Below, piece by piece: positions 53,580-58,619 of a stretch of 58,619 nt of DNA; positions within the stretch are counted from its first letter, which is position 1, and each line of letters begins with the position of its first letter. Location of the stretch: positions 1-58,619 of the forward strand of contig JAFGGM010000071.1 of assembly GCA_016930555.1 (NCBI GenBank). Reading direction: 5' to 3'. Source of the stretch: Candidatus Bathyarchaeum sp. (GTDB taxonomy: Archaea; Thermoproteota; Bathyarchaeia; Bathyarchaeales; Bathyarchaeaceae). The notes under the pieces were generated by a model, which was not told the origin of the DNA, made no database searches, and saw nothing but the letters and a program-made list of their open reading frames with translations. A program made the position numbers and the translations under genes.

Positions 53580-55805
53580 ATGCCAAGACGGAGACGAAAA
53601 TCAGGTTTAAAGGTTCTAAAGGCAGCATCTTCCTCTTTGCGCATGCAACTTCTAATCACTCTCGTAGAGAAAGGACCCCAATCCTACACTGACCTAATGA
53701 AGGTTCTGAAACTTAATCCAAGCAGAGATGCAGGAAGATTTGCCTACCACCTCAAATATCTTCTAAGTGCTGACCTCATAGAACCCGATGTAGACAACAA
53801 AGAATATCGTCTCACAGATCTCGGCAAAACAATGATTAACTTCACAGAAGATATCCAGCAGCAGTTCCTTCAAAGAAAAAAAATTTTTGTACGAACCAGC
53901 CGCCTTGCAATGGAAGAATTTGACAGAAGTAAAATCGCTGAAGCCCTCGTGAAGGAAGCAAGTGTTCCAGTCTTTCAAGCCCAAAAGATCGCTCGAGAAA
54001 CAGAAAAACGTCTCCTAGAATTCAAAACAAAATACTTGACCGCACCTCTTATCCGAGAAATGGTCAACGCAATCCTTGTAGAAAAGGGTCTGGAAGAGTA
54101 CCGCCACAAACTCACTCGTCTGGGGCTCCCAGTTTACGACGTTAATCAGCTGATAGACTCAACTGGTGCCAAAGCACAGGGTACAGAGGCTATCCATAAG
54201 GCAGCTGCGGACGCGGTTATGGAAGAGTACACCCTTCTCAACGTTCTTCCCCGAGATATTGCTGACGCACACCTTTCTGGAGGTCTTCACCTCAAGCACC
54301 TTGGCACATGGGTTTTGAAGCCTGGCCAGTTCATGCATGATCTCCGCTTTTTCCTTCAAAATGGACTTAGCCGCAGAAATATGAATCTTCAGGAGCCCTC
54401 TTATTCTCCACCTAAAAGCCTTGAAGCGGCGCTGATAACTGCCTCTAATGTCCTGAAGATTGCTGATGTAGAAACTTCTGGAGAACAGACCATAGACTTC
54501 TTCAACATCTTTTTGGCGCCTTTCAGCCAAAATCTTTCAGAGGAACGAGTCAGGGAAGCCTTGAAGCTTTTTGTCATTAACTTAAGTCATCCCCTCTCAT
54601 GTGGAAGTTCAGTTGGGGCTTCATTGGGCATAGAATTTGTTGTTCCCGACTTTCTGAAAGAAAAGGAAGCCATTGGACCAGAAGGAAAAGTTGTTGGCTG
54701 CTACGGAGACTTTGCTGATGAAAGTCGCCGCCTAGCTTCACTCATAATCGAAGTCATGTTTGCGGATGACAGAAATAAACCCGTTTTCAATCCGCGTCTG
54801 ATAATTAAGATACGGTCTGAAGTTCTCAAAGATCCTGACTGCGTCAATCTTCTTTTTGAATCCCATAAGCTTGCAGCTGAAACAGGTCTTCCCTACTTTG
54901 CTAACCTCTGCTCCCCTGAACAGGCAAATGCATCCTACACCTCAACAGGTTTCAGATTAGCTTCTGACTGGAGAAACGACTGGGAATTGGATACCATGCA
55001 GACAGGAAGCGTGGACACTGTGATAATAAACCTCCCTAGAGTCATGTATGATGCAGGAGGCAAAGAAGCTAACTTTTTCCGGGTCTTGGATGATCAGCTA
55101 GAGATGGCGTTGCGGGCGTTGGACATCAAATACCGCACAATAAAACAGCGAGAAAGAGAACAGATGCTGCCCTTCCTGATGCAAAAAACTGACGGCGACC
55201 AATACTTTAGAATTGAAAACGCTGCTCGCCTAGTTAGCTTTGTTGGCTTAAACGAAACCATCCAAGCCTTCTTTGACAAGCCCCTGAAACTGGATGGCGA
55301 AACATTGGATTTTGCGAAAAAAACAGTAGCCTACCTCTCTAGCGAAATTAAGCGGTATTCTAAGAAGCCTGAGACCCGAGCTGCCTTGGCTATGGTGCCT
55401 GCTTCAGATGCTGCAAAACGGCTTGCAGAGTTGGATGCAGAAAGTTATGGGTGGGCAAAGGTTCGTGCCCGAGGCACCCGAGAGAAGCCCTTTTACACGG
55501 ACTTGGTTGCTTTGCCTCTAAACTTTGACGCTTCTTGGAAAGACCGTGTGAGGGTTGAGGAACGATTCCACAGTTTGACTACTGGAGGTCACTTAGCAGT
55601 ATTTCCCCTTGCTGGTGAGACGCAGAAGCCTGACGAGTTGCTGTCTATAACTCGGGAGATTGCTGGTAACTATGGCATTGGGTTGTACGCCTTTAACAAG
55701 AACATCGCATATTGTGCGAGTTGCCAGCAGATTTCCTATGGAGAATTAGAGAAATGCCCGTCTTGCGGATCAGTTAATATGCTTCAGTCCTTCAGTCGCG
55801 TATAA
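53580..55805 (+). CDS. winged-HTH + ATP-cone + catalytically degenerate class III RNR (NrdD-like) fusion protein
   Basis: 741 aa. wHTH LRMQLLITLVEKGPQSYTDLMKVL..YHLKYLLSADLIE..YRLTDLG. ATP-cone FVRTSRLAMEEFDRSKIAEALV. NrdD core colinear with ORF 56362-58557 (IADAHLSGGLHLKHL, FNIFLAPF, INLPRVMY, CASC..CPSCG). Ends SFSRV-stop, before the glycyl-radical motif. Confidence 0.8.
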   Translation: MPRRRRKSGLKVLKAASSSLRMQLLITLVEKGPQSYTDLMKVLKLNPSRDAGRFAYHLKYLLSADLIEPDVDNKEYRLTDLGKTMINFTEDIQQQFLQRKKIFVRTSRLAMEEFDRSKIAEALVKEASVPVFQAQKIARETEKRLLEFKTKYLTAPLIREMVNAILVEKGLEEYRHKLTRLGLPVYDVNQLIDSTGAKAQGTEAIHKAAADAVMEEYTLLNVLPRDIADAHLSGGLHLKHLGTWVLKPGQFMHDLRFFLQNGLSRRNMNLQEPSYSPPKSLEAALITASNVLKIADVETSGEQTIDFFNIFLAPFSQNLSEERVREALKLFVINLSHPLSCGSSVGASLGIEFVVPDFLKEKEAIGPEGKVVGCYGDFADESRRLASLIIEVMFADDRNKPVFNPRLIIKIRSEVLKDPDCVNLLFESHKLAAETGLPYFANLCSPEQANASYTSTGFRLASDWRNDWELDTMQTGSVDTVIINLPRVMYDAGGKEANFFRVLDDQLEMALRALDIKYRTIKQREREQMLPFLMQKTDGDQYFRIENAARLVSFVGLNETIQAFFDKPLKLDGETLDFAKKTVAYLSSEIKRYSKKPETRAALAMVPASDAAKRLAELDAESYGWAKVRARGTREKPFYTDLVALPLNFDASWKDRVRVEERFHSLTTGGHLAVFPLAGETQKPDELLSITREIAGNYGIGLYAFNKNIAYCASCQQISYGELEKCPSCGSVNMLQSFSRV

Positions 55806-55816
55806 GCAAAAAGGTT

Positions 55817-55830
55817 GTTTTTTGTGTTTT
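55817..55830 (+). terminator. T-rich tract downstream of the HTH-NrdD-like gene
   Basis: GTTTTTTGTGTTTT begins 12 nt after the stop. Confidence 0.3.
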
Positions 55831-55965
55831 AACTGCTCTGTCTGCTTAACTCCTATTTATAGTAAAAACACATCTTAGTCACAACTGTTTCATAGGTTTT
55901 TGTTGCTGGCTTATATTTGCCAAATATGGCTGGAAAGCTAAATGTCAATTTGATTGAGGTCTTAT

Positions 55966-55978
55966 ACAGAATTTTATA
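55966..55978 (+). promoter_or_regulatory. putative BRE/TATA element upstream of nrdH-like/nrdD
   Basis: ACAGAATTTTATA 78 nt upstream of ATG 56056. Confidence 0.35.
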
Positions 55979-56055
55979 CCATTAAACCTAAAAAATTAAA
56001 TAAGTATGCCTATACCTAACATCTTATCTCGTCGATTAAAAGAGAGGTAATTTTC

Positions 56056-56361
56056 ATGGGCTTTTCAGAAGATTTCGGCAGCACTTCCGCTCATTCCGCA
56101 GCAAACGACGTAGTCGTCTACACAAGCAGCGGATGCCCCAGATGTGACATGCTGAAAAAGTGGTTAAAAAACAAAAATACAACTTTTGTAGAAAAAAATC
56201 TAGAAGACTCCGATGTAATGACTGACCTAGTCATGAGAAACTTTGTTGTCATGTCTGCGCCAGCCCTAGAAGTTGATGGAATGGTGTACACAGACAGCCA
56301 AATATTCGAAAACAACGGTCTAATCAATCCAAACTTTACAAAGAAATTTGAGGCAATGTAA
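56056..56361 (+). CDS. nrdH: glutaredoxin-like protein (NrdH-like redoxin)
   Basis: 101 aa. Thioredoxin fold with the CPRC redox motif (VVVYTSSGCPRCDMLKKWL) and ..PALEVDG.. Abuts nrdD (TAAATG). Confidence 0.8.
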   Translation: MGFSEDFGSTSAHSAANDVVVYTSSGCPRCDMLKKWLKNKNTTFVEKNLEDSDVMTDLVMRNFVVMSAPALEVDGMVYTDSQIFENNGLINPNFTKKFEAM

Positions 56362-58557
56362 ATGACTGAAATTATTCAAAAGCTTCGCCCCATGGTTAGA
56401 GGAACAGACGGTTTCATGGTGCCATGGAGCAGAAACGAAATCGTTGAGCAACTACTGACTGAAACAAAACTGGCAGAAGAATTCTATGACACAAAGGCCA
56501 TAAGCAGACAAGATGCTGAGGATATCGCCTATGAGGTAGAAATGAAAATTTTTGACCTGAATCTCAAGTTCATCAGTGGACCCCTGATAAGGGAACTAGT
56601 AAACAATATCCTATTAGCTAGGTCCGCTCAGAGACCTGAATTTGCTCTTTACAGGAACATTTTGACTCGAGTAGGTGCCCCAGTCTATGATGCCTACAAA
56701 ATTGATATGGGTACAGGCTATAAGGCAAAAGAAAACGCGAACCTTCAGCCTAATCCTGAAACAGCCCACAAAAGAAAAGCAGATTGGGTTTCAGGGGAAG
56801 AATACCTTCTGCTTATGCCCCCAAAAATCGCCGACGCCCATCTGTCCGGAGATCTCCATATTCACGACCTTGAATACTTCGGAACTCGACCCTTCTGCCA
56901 GGACTGGGATCTCCGCTACTTCCTATACTATGGACTAATGCCTGACGGTCTTGGAACGCGAACAAGCATTGCGGGTCCAGCTAAGCATGCTGAGGTGGCG
57001 ATTCTTCACACAGCCAAAATACTGGCTTCTGCTCAAACTAACTTTGCTGGCGGCGAGGGCTTTTACAACTTTCTGATCTTCCTTGCGCCGTACGTTAGAG
57101 GCTTGGGTTATGAAAAAATCAGGCAGCTTATGCAGATGATGTTCTTCGAGTACACTCAAGCTTACGTGGCTAGAGGAGGGCAGCTGGTTTTCAGTAATAT
57201 TCAGGTGCAGCCTGGAGTTCCTGACTTGTGGAAAAATGTTCCTGTTGTAATGCATGGGCATGTTGGACCTGATGTATATGGAACTTACGAGGATGAAGTC
57301 CGCACCATGTTCAAAGCCCTTTACGACGTGGCTCTCAAAGGCGATTATTGGGGGAAACCCTTCAACTTTCCAAAACTCGAAAACTCTTTGAGTCCAGAGT
57401 TCTTCAAGCCAGAATATGATGATGTATGGATTGACGTTCACAAAGCTGTAGCCAAATTCGGGCAACCATACTTCGACAACCTGATGCCTGCCTATAGGGG
57501 TTACGGCAAAGGGGTTTCCTGTTACCAGTGTTGCGCCTACTGTTTTGTTGAAACTCCTGAAGACAGCGAAGACTTTGATGAGAAACTCAATTTCGACAAT
57601 GGGAAACACTTCACTATGGGAAGCTGGCAGGTTGCGAGCGTGAATCTTCCAAGAATGGCATATAAAGCCAACGGAGACGATGAGATGCTCTTTGAGGAAA
57701 GCCGCAGACTCATGGATTCGGCTCTTGATGTGTTCAAAGCCAAAAAGAAGTGGATGGACCTTGCCATCAAGAACCAACGGATACCCTTCGCCACCCAGCG
57801 GCCATTGGACCCAAGAACTCATGAGAAGGGAACACAAGCCGTGGACTTTGATCAGCTAACCTTCACTATTGGTCTTGTGGGTGGAAACGAGATGGCACAG
57901 CATCATACAGGATACCAGCTCCACGAAAATCCTGAAGCAGTCAAGACTCTGATTAAGGTGATTCTTGAGATGCAGAAATACAAGAAAGAACTGGAGTCAC
58001 GGAGCGGCTACAAAATTGCCTTAGCTAGGACGCCAGCCGAGTCTACAGCCCAACGGTTTGCCATTGCTGACCTCCTCACTGACCGTTATCGGGACTATGC
58101 GGAGAAGCTTGTCCGTGGAGATGTGGAGCAAGCCAAGTTCCTTATTAATCAAAGAAAGAAGGATGTTCCAGTCTATTACAGCAACGGAACCCACGTTGAT
58201 GTGAAAGCCAAGATGGGTGTCTTTGACAAGATAAACCTTGAGCAGAAGTTCTTCCCACTCCTGAATGGAGGGAACATGCTGCATATCTGGTTGGGTGACG
58301 CTTCTCCAGATCCTGAAGCTCTCTATAAGCTGACCAAACGGATTACCACACAAAGCAACATTGGCTACTTTGCCTACACCAAAGATTTGACTGTCTGCAG
58401 CGCCTGCGGAAAAGTCACTTCTCCCATCCTCGAGAACTGCCCCTACTGTGGCTCCAACAAAGTGGAATGGTGGTCCAGAGTTACAGGCTACTATCAGGCA
58501 GTATCTGGGTGGAACAATGGCAAGAAACAGGAACTTCTAGACAGATACAGAACCTAA
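56362..58557 (+). CDS. nrdD: anaerobic ribonucleoside-triphosphate reductase (class III RNR, NrdD)
   Basis: 731 aa. N-terminal ATP-cone. IADAHLSGDLHIHDLEY. Cys-rich finger-loop VSCYQCCAYCF. C-terminal zinc site CSACG..CPYCG followed by glycyl-radical motif WWSRVTGYYQAVSGWNNGKKQE. Confidence 0.92.
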   Translation: MTEIIQKLRPMVRGTDGFMVPWSRNEIVEQLLTETKLAEEFYDTKAISRQDAEDIAYEVEMKIFDLNLKFISGPLIRELVNNILLARSAQRPEFALYRNILTRVGAPVYDAYKIDMGTGYKAKENANLQPNPETAHKRKADWVSGEEYLLLMPPKIADAHLSGDLHIHDLEYFGTRPFCQDWDLRYFLYYGLMPDGLGTRTSIAGPAKHAEVAILHTAKILASAQTNFAGGEGFYNFLIFLAPYVRGLGYEKIRQLMQMMFFEYTQAYVARGGQLVFSNIQVQPGVPDLWKNVPVVMHGHVGPDVYGTYEDEVRTMFKALYDVALKGDYWGKPFNFPKLENSLSPEFFKPEYDDVWIDVHKAVAKFGQPYFDNLMPAYRGYGKGVSCYQCCAYCFVETPEDSEDFDEKLNFDNGKHFTMGSWQVASVNLPRMAYKANGDDEMLFEESRRLMDSALDVFKAKKKWMDLAIKNQRIPFATQRPLDPRTHEKGTQAVDFDQLTFTIGLVGGNEMAQHHTGYQLHENPEAVKTLIKVILEMQKYKKELESRSGYKIALARTPAESTAQRFAIADLLTDRYRDYAEKLVRGDVEQAKFLINQRKKDVPVYYSNGTHVDVKAKMGVFDKINLEQKFFPLLNGGNMLHIWLGDASPDPEALYKLTKRITTQSNIGYFAYTKDLTVCSACGKVTSPILENCPYCGSNKVEWWSRVTGYYQAVSGWNNGKKQELLDRYRT

Positions 58558-58619
58558 GAGCAAACGTTACGGGGACACTTAAATCCCCAAAATTACCCTT
58601 TTTCTTCATTTAATCTATA

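Noticed and set aside
56935-57837. 300-aa minus-strand ORF, the longest antisense ORF in the window
   Set aside because: It is fully embedded in nrdD, whose plus-strand frame shows diagnostic NrdD motifs along its length. The antisense translation has no recognisable domain.
1-58619. CRISPR arrays, rRNA genes, IS elements, inteins
   Set aside because: No regularly spaced direct repeats, no rRNA-like GC-rich structured stretches and no transposase-like ORFs. The usual intein hosts here (NrdD, PriS, TopA, PpsA) are colinear with normal domain order apart from the ~30-aa PpsA insert.

Overview
Archaeal chromosomal window of about 44% GC. It is gene-dense on both strands, with many overlapping stop/start junctions and frequent TTG/GTG starts. 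I found no rRNA, CRISPR array, transposase or integrase. Most of it is core information-processing sequence in classic archaeal syntenic blocks:
- aIF5A and deoxyhypusine synthase
- SRP54, Pus10, eL21, Rpo4, DUF655, KsgA
- uL16
- Dph2, methyltransferase, Csl4, Rpo11
- TFS, PCNA, PriL, PriS, GINS
- eL42, eS27, aIF2alpha, Nop10, PAC2

Other content:
- AglB, topoisomerase IA, CDP-archaeol synthase, RadB, a Clp1-type kinase.
- An argG-argH-carA-carB cluster.
- An ABC-2 exporter operon.
- The methanogen-type homocysteine pathway (COG1900+CBS, NIL-ferredoxin, COG2122).
- A class III (anaerobic) ribonucleotide reductase locus.
- Two tRNAs: Ser-CGA at the left edge and Pro-CGG.

The gene content points to an anaerobic, probably uncultured archaeon. 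The lineage cannot be fixed by eye.

Most interesting observations:
1. A 741-aa fusion of winged helix, ATP-cone and an NrdD-like core sits upstream of nrdH-nrdD. It has lost the catalytic cysteines and stops exactly before the glycyl-radical motif. I read it as a candidate nucleotide-sensing regulator derived from an RNR.
2. A ~59-nt intergenic element occurs three times and has an invariant core, ATTGTTGAAAACA.
3. Two small proteins show motif-level resemblance to eukaryotic PAC4/PSMG4 and OSTC/DC2.
4. An RNase H-fold nuclease gene is translationally coupled to the Clp1 kinase gene.
5. An Lrp-like regulator is frameshifted.

All homology calls come from motif recognition by eye and need profile searches to confirm.
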